A stretch of 64,000 bases of DNA from Candidatus Saccharimonadota bacterium (GTDB lineage Bacteria > Patescibacteriota > Saccharimonadia > Saccharimonadales > OFTM59). Positions 18,671 to 28,745 of the stretch are shown piece after piece (the first letter of the stretch is position 1; each line of letters opens with the position of its first letter). The stretch is from assembly GCA_029260855.1 (NCBI GenBank), contig JAJDCK010000004.1, positions 18,312-82,311 of the forward strand, given 5' to 3'. A program made the position numbers and the translations under genes. Below the pieces are notes generated by a model. The model ran no database searches and was not told the DNA's origin. It saw nothing but the letters and a program-made list of their open reading frames with translations.

Positions 18671-19570
18671 GTGACCATGCAGGTGTACAGTTATAAACCG
18701 CAAAATTATCATAATAAGCGGCCCAAAAATGATTTACCAAAAAAATTAATTTATGCCACAGTATTCTTAATAGTTATAGGTCTTGCTGTCTTTTTTATTA
18801 ACAAAGAGCCAGCGCTAGCCCCGGTCACAAATACACAAAATACGTCTGTTGAAAATACCTCACAAACGCCTAACATAGAGCCACTTCCGAATGTTCAAGA
18901 TATAGTTGATAGCTTCGCAGAAAGTAATGCTGGTACATACAGTGTTGTCGTAACCGATTTAGCAACTGGGGGTGAGCTGGCTGCTTACGGAATCGATGGA
19001 TCGTATTTTGCCGCCAGTATATATAAGCTCTATGTTGCCTATTTGGGCTACATAGACATCCAAGAAGGCAAATATTCGCTTGACGACGCTTTTTTTGGCG
19101 ACTGGACCCGCAAAGAATGTCTAGACAAAATGATTAGAGAATCGCATAGTCCTTGTGCAGAAAAACTATGGGTAGAGCAAGGTAAGGAGAAGTCAACGGC
19201 ACGTCTTGAGGAAAAATTTGAATTATCCGGCACTTCAATGGTTGGGCTGACCACAACTGCTAAAGATGTGAATATAATTTTAGAACGGCTGCATGGCGGC
19301 AAAGACCTTAACGAAAGCAACATGGCCTTATTCATGGATTCGCTAAAACAGAATATATATAGGGATGTATTGCCCGCAGCGTTACCAGAGCTAACGGTTT
19401 ATGACAAGGTGGGTTTCAACGGTCTTGTTGAATATCATGATATTGGCATTGTGAGGCTAAAAAATGGCCGCGAGGTTGCCATAACCCTGCTTTCAACAAA
19501 TGCCGGGACTAGGCGACTTGTGGCTCTGACACAAGCTATATTTAATCCACTTATTGCTGCCAACCAGTAA
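18671..19570 (+). CDS. membrane-anchored serine hydrolase, class A beta-lactamase-like
   Basis: N-terminal TM anchor; SxxK motif (AASIYK) and KVG (KTG-like) about 150 aa later. Starts 1 nt after the rpiB stop and ends 3 nt before rpe. Confidence 0.4.
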   Translation: MTMQVYSYKPQNYHNKRPKNDLPKKLIYATVFLIVIGLAVFFINKEPALAPVTNTQNTSVENTSQTPNIEPLPNVQDIVDSFAESNAGTYSVVVTDLATGGELAAYGIDGSYFAASIYKLYVAYLGYIDIQEGKYSLDDAFFGDWTRKECLDKMIRESHSPCAEKLWVEQGKEKSTARLEEKFELSGTSMVGLTTTAKDVNIILERLHGGKDLNESNMALFMDSLKQNIYRDVLPAALPELTVYDKVGFNGLVEYHDIGIVRLKNGREVAITLLSTNAGTRRLVALTQAIFNPLIAANQ

Positions 19571-19573
19571 CGC

Positions 19574-20236
19574 TTGAGCTATAATTTGTATATGTCCATT
19601 ATCTGCCCGACTGTTACAGCTTCTACCCCGCATGAATATCGTGAACAGGTGGAGCGTTTAACGCCTTTTGCTAAGCGTATTCATCTGGATTTTATGGACG
19701 GCCTGTTTACAGCTAACAAGTCTATTGAGCTAAGCAAGGTGTGGCTACCGCATGAGCATAAAATTGAATGTGATCTGCACCTTATGTATATGAGGCCGGA
19801 TCTTTACCTGAATGAGATTAAACATATTAAGCCGTCTTTAGTAATTGTTCATGCCGAGAGTCAGGGGAGATTCATGCAATTTGCCGACAGGCTGCACTAT
19901 CTTAAGATTAAAATAGGGGTAGCGCTATTACCGCAGACCCCTGTAAAACTAATCGCGTCAGCCTTACCAGATATTGATCACGTTCTTATTTTTTCTGGCG
20001 ATTTAGGACATTTTGGAGGCAAAGCTAACCTTGCTCTGTTAAAAAAAGCAGCTGAGCTAAAATTACTTAAGCCAGATCTTGAAATAGGCTGGGACGGCGG
20101 TATAAATGAACACAATGTGGCGCATCTTGTGAAAAGGGGGGTTGATGTACTAAATGTCGGCGGGGCTATCCAGCGCAGCGAAGACCCATCACAAGCGTAT
20201 GCTACACTTGAAGCAATAGCGGAAATGATACAATGA
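19574..20236 (+). CDS. rpe: ribulose-phosphate 3-epimerase
   Basis: RPE signatures HLDFMDG, DLHLM, GVALLPQTP, DHVLIFSGDLGHFGG, IGWDGG, VLNVGGAI. Confidence 0.75.
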   Translation: MSYNLYMSIICPTVTASTPHEYREQVERLTPFAKRIHLDFMDGLFTANKSIELSKVWLPHEHKIECDLHLMYMRPDLYLNEIKHIKPSLVIVHAESQGRFMQFADRLHYLKIKIGVALLPQTPVKLIASALPDIDHVLIFSGDLGHFGGKANLALLKKAAELKLLKPDLEIGWDGGINEHNVAHLVKRGVDVLNVGGAIQRSEDPSQAYATLEAIAEMIQ

Positions 20237-21093
20237 AAAACCTATCAGTTGAAGAACTGGAACTTAAAGCAATCGAGATTCGCAAAGATATAATCCGAAT
20301 GCTGGAGCGTGCCGGTAGTGGGCATAGTGCCGGGCCGCTCGGCTTGGCTGACATATTCACAGCACTTTACTTTGACATTCTAAAACACGATCCTAATAAG
20401 CCTGACTGGGATCAACGCGATATATTGCTGCTTAGCAATGGCCACTGCGTGCCGGTGCGCTACGCGACAATGGCTCACGCTGGCTACTTTGACAAAAAAG
20501 AACTTATGACGCTTCGCCAATTTGGTTCTCGCTTGCAGGGACACCCGGAGCGTACCAAGCTTCCAGGAATGGAAAACACCAGTGGACCACTTGGCTGCGG
20601 TCTGAGCCAAGCCTGCGGTATGACGCTCGCAATGCGTATGAATAAAGACCATCACCGTTGGGTGTACGTAGTAATGGGTGATGGTGAACAGGACGAGGGA
20701 AATGTCTGGGAAGCCGCCATGTTGGCTAGTAAGTACAGGTTAAATAACATCATCGCCATTACAGACCGCAACAATATACAGATTGACGGGCCGACAGAGA
20801 CTGTCATGCCTCTGGAAGATCTAAAAGATAAATGGGAAGCTTTTGGTTGGCACGTGATTGAGATTGACGGTAATAATATGGAAGCGATTATCGATGCTTG
20901 TGCTATGGGACGCGCTATTGTAGAAAAGCCAGTGATGATACTGGCTCACACTATTCCAGGCAAAGGGGTAGATTTTATGGAATACGACTTTCACTGGCAT
21001 GGTATGGGGCAATTGCCAGATGCAGAAGTAGCTCGAAAAGCCTTGCATGAGCTTAGAACATTGCAGGGCAAAATCAGGAGCGAACACGAATGA
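20233..21093 (+). CDS. tkt: transketolase, N-terminal subunit (split tkt)
   Basis: TPP-binding N-terminal region GHSAGPLGLADIFTALY...GDGEQDEGNVWEA; 4-nt overlap with rpe. Confidence 0.85.
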   Translation: MKNLSVEELELKAIEIRKDIIRMLERAGSGHSAGPLGLADIFTALYFDILKHDPNKPDWDQRDILLLSNGHCVPVRYATMAHAGYFDKKELMTLRQFGSRLQGHPERTKLPGMENTSGPLGCGLSQACGMTLAMRMNKDHHRWVYVVMGDGEQDEGNVWEAAMLASKYRLNNIIAITDRNNIQIDGPTETVMPLEDLKDKWEAFGWHVIEIDGNNMEAIIDACAMGRAIVEKPVMILAHTIPGKGVDFMEYDFHWHGMGQLPDAEVARKALHELRTLQGKIRSEHE

Positions 21094-21105
21094 TAAGAAG
21101 TATTT

Positions 21106-21181
21106 CGTATAACGATTTTCGTATAACGTATAAAACCCGAATACAACTAACTGCAGCGGTTCGTTATACGTTGCGCAACGT
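21106..21181 (+). promoter_or_regulatory. repeat/palindrome cluster in the tktN-tktC spacer
   Basis: Seen: direct repeats CGTATAACG at 21106-21114 and 21120-21128, inverted copy CGTTATACG at 21162-21170, and perfect 14-bp palindrome ACGTTGCGCAACGT at 21168-21181. Confidence 0.45.
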
Positions 21182-21214
21182 ACCTAAAACGAACTATAAA
21201 AGGTGTTGGTGAAT

Positions 21215-22180
21215 ATGAGCGATTTACGATTGGTTGATATCAAAAAAGATATGGAAAATGAAGCGACTCGGAAAGGTTTTGGGCGCGGATTAAAAAGTGC
21301 TGGTGAACTTAACGAAAATGTCGTGGCGGCCTGTGCGGACCTAACTGAGTCAACGTCAATGAATTTATTTCGAGATGCGTTTCCGGATAGGTTTGTAGAA
21401 ATCGGAGTGGCCGAACAGAACTTGGTAACAGTTGGTTCGGGGCTGGCTGCGATGGGGAAGATCCCGTTCGTATCGAGCTATGCAGCATTTAGCCCGGGAC
21501 GGAATTGGGAGCAAATCCGTACTACAATTTGTTTAAATGACCAACCCGTAAAAATTGTTGGGTCGCACGCAGGCGTTTCTGTCGGTCCAGACGGCGCTAC
21601 ACACCAAATGCTGGAAGACATAGCCTTAATGAGGGTCTTGCCCAACATGGTAGTGGTGGTCCCTGGAGATAGTTTGGAAGCCGAGAAGGCTACATTGGCA
21701 CTTGCTGAAGATAAGCGGCCAGGCTATTTGCGGCTTGCAAGAGAGGCTTCGCCAATTATCACCACAGAACAGACGCCTTTTGAAATCGGTAAAGCTTATG
21801 TGTACTCGCATGGAATGGACGTAACAATAATTTCAACTGGTACGATGACATACCAAGCAGTGCTGGCTGCTGAGATGCTTTTTAAAGACGGCATAGATGC
21901 CGAGGTCGTACATGTGCCGACTATTAAACCACTAGATGCGGTGACTATTTTACAAAGTGTTCATAAAACCAAAGCCGTCATCACTGTAGAAGAAGCTCAG
22001 ATTAATGGGGGGCTAGGTGGCGCTGTGGCAGAGCTACTCGGCGAAGAGTTCCCGGTCAAAATGAAGCGCCTGGGCATGCGTGATAGATTCGGTGAATCGG
22101 GTAAGCCCGACGAACTGCTAGAACATTTTGGCTTGACAGCCAAACACATTGCGCTAGCAGCACACCATATTTTGGCTTAA
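21215..22180 (+). CDS. tkt: transketolase, C-terminal subunit (split tkt)
   Basis: Pyrimidine-binding and C-terminal domains GVAEQNLVTVGSGLAAMGKIPFVSSYAAFS. ATG at 21215 with AAAGGTG RBS preferred over the GTG at 21203. Confidence 0.85.
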   Translation: MSDLRLVDIKKDMENEATRKGFGRGLKSAGELNENVVAACADLTESTSMNLFRDAFPDRFVEIGVAEQNLVTVGSGLAAMGKIPFVSSYAAFSPGRNWEQIRTTICLNDQPVKIVGSHAGVSVGPDGATHQMLEDIALMRVLPNMVVVVPGDSLEAEKATLALAEDKRPGYLRLAREASPIITTEQTPFEIGKAYVYSHGMDVTIISTGTMTYQAVLAAEMLFKDGIDAEVVHVPTIKPLDAVTILQSVHKTKAVITVEEAQINGGLGGAVAELLGEEFPVKMKRLGMRDRFGESGKPDELLEHFGLTAKHIALAAHHILA

Positions 22181-22374
22181 ATCTCTAGCTGCTTGCCGCG
22201 ACAGGCGTAAGAGTCTCTGTATATACGAAAAAGTTAGCCCAGCACGTTCTTTCCTTGTCATGGGGTGCCTCGTTGTGCGGGGTTGGTTATTGACCAGCCG
22301 AGGATTATTAAGCGTCTATACAACCATGAGCGGAACAGATATACTGTCTGTAGATGTCCTTATCACTCACACAA

Positions 22375-23268
22375 ATGAGAAAAAACTGTCAGCAAGCACG
22401 CGATGCTATGGCTCGTGCACGCGAAGGACATTTTGCGCTCGGCGCATTTAACCTAGATAATCAAGAGACTTTGCGTGCTGTTGCCCAGGCAGCAGCGAAT
22501 AAAAATGCACCCGTGCTAGTTGAGGTAAGCCATGGCGAAGTTGAGGCCCTAGGGTTAGATAATGTCCGCGACATGGTTGATAACTACAAACAGCAGCTCA
22601 AGGTTGAGGTGTATGTCAATCTTGACCACAGTCCCTCGGTTGCGGCAGCTATTGCGGGCATTGAGGCGGGCTTTGAGTTTATTCATATTGATATCAGCCA
22701 GGCTCGCAAAGACGCGACAATCGAGGAGATAATCACTGAGACCAAACAGATAGTAAATTACGCTAGTCTGACTGGCGCACTTGTTGAAAGTGAGCCTCAT
22801 TACTTCGGCGGTTCATCCAACTTGCACACAGAAAAAATTGATTATGAAGACATAAAAAAAACATTTAGTACACCAGAAGTTGCCCGAGCATTCGTAGAGG
22901 CTACGGGCATTGATACGTTTGCGGCGGCTATTGGAAATCTGCACGGTAAGTATCCGGCACCCAAAAAATTAGACATAGAGCTACTTGAGCAAATCCGTGA
23001 GGCAATCGATTGCAACATTAGCCTGCATGGCGGTAGCGGTACGCCCGGACACTACTTTGTGGATGCGGTTAGAGTTGGCGTAACGAAGGTCAATATAAAC
23101 TCAGATATGCGCGTAGCTTACCGTAAGACGCTCGAGAGAGAGTTGGACGATAATCCCGACGAATACGCTGTAGTTAAGCTGATGGATAAAGTTATTGAGT
23201 CGGTCCAAGCTGTAGTAGAGGAGAAAATAGACATGTTTAATTCGGCTGGAAAAGCTGTGGTAGACTAA
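22375..23268 (+). CDS. fba: class II fructose-bisphosphate aldolase
   Basis: ALGAFNLDN, VNLDHSPS, LHGKYP, ISLHGGSG motifs; start taken at MRKNCQQAR. Confidence 0.8.
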   Translation: MRKNCQQARDAMARAREGHFALGAFNLDNQETLRAVAQAAANKNAPVLVEVSHGEVEALGLDNVRDMVDNYKQQLKVEVYVNLDHSPSVAAAIAGIEAGFEFIHIDISQARKDATIEEIITETKQIVNYASLTGALVESEPHYFGGSSNLHTEKIDYEDIKKTFSTPEVARAFVEATGIDTFAAAIGNLHGKYPAPKKLDIELLEQIREAIDCNISLHGGSGTPGHYFVDAVRVGVTKVNINSDMRVAYRKTLERELDDNPDEYAVVKLMDKVIESVQAVVEEKIDMFNSAGKAVVD

Positions 23269-23299
23269 CCTTAAGTATTTATGTGGGTGGGAAAAACAA

Positions 23300-24304
23300 A
23301 TGACTAAATTAGATGTGTTGAGTATCGGCGACGTAGTCACGGATGCTTTTATTAAATTATTAGACGACAGGGCTGAGGCGTACCAAGATGAAAGAGGTAA
23401 ATGGCTGTCAATACCATTTGCTACTAAAGTACCCTTTGACCATGCGGTAGAGGTTGATGGCGTAGGCAACGCAGCGAACGCGTCAGTCAGCTTCGCTAAA
23501 ATGGGGCTTAGAAGTGGCTTGATTTCAAATGTAGGCGATGATCAGCACGGCCGCGATATTATCAGCACACTTAAAAAGCTGAACGTTGACACGCGTTTTA
23601 TCCACGTCAATCCTGGCAAGATTAGCAACTTTCACTACGTTCTATGGTACAAGGAAGAGCGCACCATTTTGATCAAGCACGAAGAATACGAATATCAGTG
23701 GCCAAGTTTTCGCGAGGAAGATATCCCGAAGTGGATATATTTTAGCTCGATTAGCAAGGACGCACTGGACACATATCACGATTTCGTAACCGAATGGCTG
23801 GGAAAACATCCGAATATTAGATTTGCATTCCAGCCAGGCACATTTCAGCTTGAAGCAGGAGTCGAACGCTTAAGTGCGTTGTACAAAAGGGCTGATGTTC
23901 TGCTTGTTAACAGGGAAGAAGCTGTTCTGATATCTGGCGGTAATTACGATGATCTTAACAATTTATTTGATCGCTTGCATGCGTATGGACCTCAAGTGGT
24001 TGTGATAACCGATGGGCCGGCGGGCGCATACGCTAGTGAGCTCAATAACGCACGCTTCAAGATGCCGCCCTATCCTGACCCTGCGCCACCATATGAGCGC
24101 ACGGGTGCTGGTGATGCATTTTCTTCGGCCTTCGTGGCGGAGTTGATCAAGGGGAACACGGTTGAGGGTGCGCTTCAGATAGCTCCAATAAACTCTATGA
24201 GCGTGGTCCAGCATGTTGGTGCTCGCGAAGGTCTTCTTACAGAAGCCGAGATAGAGGAGTTACTAAAAAAGGCTCCCCATTGGTATAAACCTGAGCGCAC
24301 GTGA
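23300..24304 (+). CDS. PfkB-family carbohydrate/nucleoside kinase (ribokinase-like)
   Basis: N-terminal GG region and C-terminal PfkB signature TGAGDAFSSAFVAEL. Confidence 0.7.
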   Translation: MTKLDVLSIGDVVTDAFIKLLDDRAEAYQDERGKWLSIPFATKVPFDHAVEVDGVGNAANASVSFAKMGLRSGLISNVGDDQHGRDIISTLKKLNVDTRFIHVNPGKISNFHYVLWYKEERTILIKHEEYEYQWPSFREEDIPKWIYFSSISKDALDTYHDFVTEWLGKHPNIRFAFQPGTFQLEAGVERLSALYKRADVLLVNREEAVLISGGNYDDLNNLFDRLHAYGPQVVVITDGPAGAYASELNNARFKMPPYPDPAPPYERTGAGDAFSSAFVAELIKGNTVEGALQIAPINSMSVVQHVGAREGLLTEAEIEELLKKAPHWYKPERT

Positions 24305-24359
24305 ATAGCACGCCGATCCCTGGCTTAACAATTATGCTCATGCTAATCTATAAATAATT

Positions 24360-25616
24360 ATGTCAAAGTACCTGTCCGATTTGCTAAAAGCAGATGAGCC
24401 GATGTTTACGTCTGCGCTCAAGCAACTTGAGCTTGCTTCTGGTGACCAAAGCGTAGATGTCCGGCTTACTGCTGAGCTAATCGGCAAAGCGCACATGAAA
24501 ATGCGTGAACTTGGGCTAGACCCTGACGATACAACCGGAAAAGAACTTTATCACGCCCTGCTTTCTCTAGTAAAAAAGCATGATGAGTTCTTGGCAAAAA
24601 AAATAGGCAGCAAAACCGCTTCTGACGTACAAGATCTGCTACCGCGCATTAAAGCCGTAGTTGAAAAGATTGATGTTCCAAAAAAAGTTTGGGTTTTGCG
24701 CCCTAGCGTAGCCAAGCGTCTACTAAAAGCCATGCCCCCGAAACACGTAATGAAGCACCTGGGTTATAAATCTGTTGATTCAATGCTAAAACGCGAGCCA
24801 ATTGCCGAACTCTATGGTAGTTTGCGGTTTGCTGAGGATCCGGCCTGGTTGCAGTCGTTTTTGCAAAGGTATAAAACCCTGCGTCCAAGCGATTTTGAAA
24901 CACGAAACATTGAAATTGTGCTTATGGATAGTAAAAAGTGGGGCGAGCTGACAAAGGCTTTTGTGCATAAAAAAAGACACAACCTAACACACCTCAAGGA
25001 ACTAGGTGTGATCCTAATGTTGCCGATGCCAATAAAGCAAATGCATGGTATAACCATCACGGTCCTACCGCTCCTTCTCCATTATTTAAATGAAATTCGT
25101 CTTTATAGCTCTTTCTTTAAGCTACAACAAGTTAAACCTGGCTTCGGGGAGATACTTGTAGATACATTGATCGCTGATCCCGACAAGCATGCTGTCATGG
25201 CTGGTCAGAAGATACACTGGCGTGTAATACAACGTTACTTCGGTAAATTAGAATCAGAATATCATCCTGAAATGTTTGAACCGCACGTACAGCCTGAAGA
25301 CCTGCACTGGCGTAAAGCTGAAGAAGTGCTGTACAACATTGAGCCAGCCCTACACTTTTGGTATGACCTAGATTATGTGGCGATACTACACGAAGGACGA
25401 CCATTGACGTTTAATCTAATGGATATGGCGATAAGTTACGTTAATAGCTTGTCATATAGCGACAGGGCTGTTTATCACTTTCGTGAATCGCTGTGGAATG
25501 AAATATTCATGCGTTATCTAGGCCAAAAAACATTGGAAACCCAAGTGTTGAAGCAGCTTGATAATGAGATGATAGCGCCCGAATCTTTACTTTTGCACTC
25601 GGGAGGGAGCAGTTGA
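24360..25616 (+). CDS. hypothetical protein, 418 aa, no recognisable family
   Basis: Long ORF; its stop overlaps the downstream LOG-like gene start by 4 nt. Confidence 0.4.
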   Translation: MSKYLSDLLKADEPMFTSALKQLELASGDQSVDVRLTAELIGKAHMKMRELGLDPDDTTGKELYHALLSLVKKHDEFLAKKIGSKTASDVQDLLPRIKAVVEKIDVPKKVWVLRPSVAKRLLKAMPPKHVMKHLGYKSVDSMLKREPIAELYGSLRFAEDPAWLQSFLQRYKTLRPSDFETRNIEIVLMDSKKWGELTKAFVHKKRHNLTHLKELGVILMLPMPIKQMHGITITVLPLLLHYLNEIRLYSSFFKLQQVKPGFGEILVDTLIADPDKHAVMAGQKIHWRVIQRYFGKLESEYHPEMFEPHVQPEDLHWRKAEEVLYNIEPALHFWYDLDYVAILHEGRPLTFNLMDMAISYVNSLSYSDRAVYHFRESLWNEIFMRYLGQKTLETQVLKQLDNEMIAPESLLLHSGGSS

Positions 25617-26179
25617 TGTATCAAATATGTATATCTGGTGCCGCCAAAGGTAAAAGCGTTGAAGAAGGTAAGCATATTGCAATAGCTGCAGGGCAAGCGA
25701 TTGCAAAGGCAGGCCATAGCCTGATGACGGGCGCGACTATAGGTATACCGAACTATGCAGCTGAATCATACAAGTCGGCAGGTGGTAAGATGAGTGTTGG
25801 TATAAGCCCGGCTACTTCAAAAATTGAGCATGTTATAAAGTATCGCTTACCCACAAAAGCATATGACGTGATTGTGTATTCGGGTATGCACTATGTCGGT
25901 CGAGACAACTTGCTGATCGTCTCTAGTGATGCCGTTATTAGTATTGGGGGCAGGTTAGGAACTTTGCATGAGTTTACTATTGCAATGGAGACAGATACAC
26001 CGATTGGTTTTTTGGAAGGTGGAGGTGGTATTAGCACGGAGATCTCTGACATTATGCATGCAGCTGGTGAAGCAAATAGTAAGAATGTGATTTTTAGCGA
26101 TAATGCTGACGACCTACTCGCTAAACTTACAAGACTGCTTGACACAGAAAACAAGAAGTACCTACAACTGTATGAGTAA
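25613..26179 (+). CDS. LOG / TIGR00725-family Rossmann-fold nucleotide-binding protein (possible nucleotide 5'-monophosphate nucleosidase)
   Basis: LOG signature IGGRLGTLHEF (GGxGTxxE) and the overall 188-aa Rossmann pattern ICISGAAKG... Confidence 0.55.
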   Translation: MMYQICISGAAKGKSVEEGKHIAIAAGQAIAKAGHSLMTGATIGIPNYAAESYKSAGGKMSVGISPATSKIEHVIKYRLPTKAYDVIVYSGMHYVGRDNLLIVSSDAVISIGGRLGTLHEFTIAMETDTPIGFLEGGGGISTEISDIMHAAGEANSKNVIFSDNADDLLAKLTRLLDTENKKYLQLYE

Positions 26180-26387
26180 TCGTAGTCAGGACTCGCACTG
26201 GAAATGGCCGATAATATTGCTGTTTATAGTATTAGCAATGTTTGCCGGATGGGAAACAATTAGCTCCCGAATTGGCACTAATAATATTAATAACTTTGAA
26301 GACTGTGTCAGGTCTGGGAACCCGGTTCTAGAGAGTTTCCCCGAACAATGCATTTACGACGGACGTACTTTTGTGAATACACCTTAA
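26172..26387 (+). CDS. small membrane protein (71 aa)
   Basis: Hydrophobic segment WKWPIILLFIVLAMFAGW; ATG overlaps the LOG-like gene stop by 8 nt. Confidence 0.35.
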   Translation: MSNRSQDSHWKWPIILLFIVLAMFAGWETISSRIGTNNINNFEDCVRSGNPVLESFPEQCIYDGRTFVNTP

Positions 26388-26439
26388 GCATGCTTGTCTA
26401 AAATCTACATGAATTAACCGGGTAAGTTGGTACAATTAT

Positions 26440-28407
26440 ATGATGACCAAGTTTCATCTAGTTTCTGAATACCAGCCGACAGGTGACCAGCCAACAGCGA
26501 TAAGCCAGCTGACAGAGGGCCTGCGGCATGGCGCCAAAGAGCAGGTTTTGCTGGGTGTTACAGGTTCTGGGAAGACCTTTACTGCGGCCAATGTAATACA
26601 AAATATGCAGCGTCCCGCGTTGGTACTTTCTCACAACAAAACTCTTGCAGCGCAGCTTTACACAGAGTTTAAAAACTTCTTTCCGAATAATGCAGTGCAC
26701 TACTTTGTCAGCTACTTTGACTACTATCAGCCTGAGGCTTACATAGCGCGTAGCGATACTTATATAGAAAAAGATAGCCAGATCAACGAAGAGATTGATC
26801 GTTTGAGACATGCTGCGACGGACGCGTTGCTTACGAGGAGCGATGTTATTATCGTTGCCAGCGTGAGCTGTATTTATGGAATCGGGTCGGTTGAAGACTA
26901 TGGGGGTTTATCAGAAACTGTTCATGTTGGAGAAAGAAAAGTTCGTGACAAATTCATACGTCGTTTAACGGACATCCAGTATCAGCGCAATGATATAGAC
27001 TTTCACCGTGGAACTTTTCGGGTCAAGGGGGACGTAATAGATGTTATGCCAGCAGGCGAGGAAATTGCCTATAGGATTGATTTTTTTGGTGACGAGATAG
27101 AGCGTATAACTCAGATCAACCCTCTTACAGGTGAAATTCAGCAAAAGCCTGAGAGTGTGAGAATATTCCCCAGTAGTCATTATGTGACCCCGGCCGATAA
27201 GCTTAAGGGGGCGATTGTGAAGATTGAATCCGAGCTTGCTGAAAGACTTACTTATTTTAAAAAGAATGGAATGTTGCTAGAAGCGCAACGCCTGGAACAG
27301 CGAACGCGGTTTGATCTTGAGATGCTTGAAGAAACAGGTTTTGTTAAGGGTATTGAAAACTATAGCCGTTATCTTACTAATCGCGAACCTGGCGAGCAAC
27401 CAGCAACGCTGCTTGATTATTTTCCGGACGATTACTTGCTCTTTGTTGATGAGTCACACATGACAGTCCCCCAGGTGCGCGGCATGTATAACGGGGACAG
27501 AGCCAGGAAGGAGGTCTTGGTTGAGCATGGCTTTCGTCTGCCTAGTGCTCTTGACAATCGGCCGCTAACTTTTACTGAATTTGAAAAACACCTTAACCAG
27601 GTGGTATATGTTAGCGCCACTCCTGCCCAGTACGAACTTACACGCAGCACAAAGCCTATTGAGCAGGTAATCCGCCCGACCGGATTGATTGACCCACTTA
27701 TTGAAGTGCGGCCTATTGATGGGCAAATCGATGACCTCATTAGTGAAATACGCGCTACGGTAAACAAGCGCCAGAGGGTACTGGTCACAACGCTCACTAA
27801 ACGTATGGCCGAAGACCTGACAGAATATTTGGCAGAAATAAATATTAAAGTTACATACTTGCACAGCGATGTTGACACACTGGATCGCACCGACATACTA
27901 AGGGATTTGCGTCTTGGTGTTTACGATGTGGTAGTAGGTATAAATTTACTTCGTGAAGGACTCGATTTGCCTGAGGTGAGTTTAGTGACAATTCTAGATG
28001 CTGACAAAGAAGGTTTTCTGCGTAGTGAGCAAGCGCTAGTGCAGACTATCGGTAGGGCGGCTAGACACATAGAGGGAAGGGTGATTATGTATGCTAGTCA
28101 GGTTACCGGTAGTATGAAGCGGGCTATTGATGAGACTAATCGCAGACGTAAAGTACAAGAGACCTACAACAAAGAACACAATATAACCCCAATGGGCATA
28201 GCTAGGGCGATTGAAAAAGGTATGCGGCCAGACCTCCCAGAAGAAGCTAAGACTGCAAAACTTAACCTGAAAAAAATTCCAAAAGACGAGTATGGGCACC
28301 TGATCAAGGACTTAACATCCCAAATGGAGCTGGCAAGTGCTAACCTGGAATTTGAAAAAGCTGCCGAGCTCCGTGACATAATAAGCGATATTAAAAACAA
28401 ACTGTAA
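26440..28407 (+). CDS. uvrB: excinuclease ABC subunit B
   Basis: [12 protein letters not shown], Walker [10 protein letters not shown], helicase motifs, C-terminal UVR domain [19 protein letters not shown]. Confidence 0.9.
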   Translation: MMTKFHLVSEYQPTGDQPTAISQLTEGLRHGAKEQVLLGVTGSGKTFTAANVIQNMQRPALVLSHNKTLAAQLYTEFKNFFPNNAVHYFVSYFDYYQPEAYIARSDTYIEKDSQINEEIDRLRHAATDALLTRSDVIIVASVSCIYGIGSVEDYGGLSETVHVGERKVRDKFIRRLTDIQYQRNDIDFHRGTFRVKGDVIDVMPAGEEIAYRIDFFGDEIERITQINPLTGEIQQKPESVRIFPSSHYVTPADKLKGAIVKIESELAERLTYFKKNGMLLEAQRLEQRTRFDLEMLEETGFVKGIENYSRYLTNREPGEQPATLLDYFPDDYLLFVDESHMTVPQVRGMYNGDRARKEVLVEHGFRLPSALDNRPLTFTEFEKHLNQVVYVSATPAQYELTRSTKPIEQVIRPTGLIDPLIEVRPIDGQIDDLISEIRATVNKRQRVLVTTLTKRMAEDLTEYLAEINIKVTYLHSDVDTLDRTDILRDLRLGVYDVVVGINLLREGLDLPEVSLVTILDADKEGFLRSEQALVQTIGRAARHIEGRVIMYASQVTGSMKRAIDETNRRRKVQETYNKEHNITPMGIARAIEKGMRPDLPEEAKTAKLNLKKIPKDEYGHLIKDLTSQMELASANLEFEKAAELRDIISDIKNKL

Positions 28408-28451
28408 AGGATAGAATAGGATTGGCCAATCTGTTATACTGACAGATACAT

Positions 28452-28745
28452 ATGGCGAAGTTAACACGGGAAGATGTATTAAAATTGGCTCAGCTGTCGC
28501 GCCTGAAGCTTAGCGACGAGGAAGTGCTGCGCTTCCAGGATGAAATTACAGAAATATTACAGTATGTTGAAAAACTGCAATCAGTAGATCTTGCTGGTGT
28601 TGATCCTACTTACCAGGTAAGCGGCCTAAGCAATGTGATGCGCGAAGACGCTGTTTACGACTATGGCGTTAAGGCCGAAGATTTATTGAAAAATGCAACG
28701 GTCGCAGAAGATGGCCACATCCAAGTAAAAAGGATTATTGAATGA
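28452..28745 (+). CDS. gatC: Asp/Glu-tRNA amidotransferase subunit C
   Basis: 97 aa, LAQLSRLKLSDEEV...QYVEKL typical GatC. Confidence 0.8.
   Translation: MAKLTREDVLKLAQLSRLKLSDEEVLRFQDEITEILQYVEKLQSVDLAGVDPTYQVSGLSNVMREDAVYDYGVKAEDLLKNATVAEDGHIQVKRIIE

Noticed and set aside
21203-21214. GTG start at 21203 for the transketolase C-terminal subunit
   Set aside because: The ATG at 21215 has a properly spaced AAAGGTG RBS and gives the conserved N-terminus
22260-22451. 63-aa ORF upstream of and overlapping fba
   Set aside because: No conserved features. It overlaps the fba N-terminus in another frame, so it is likely spurious
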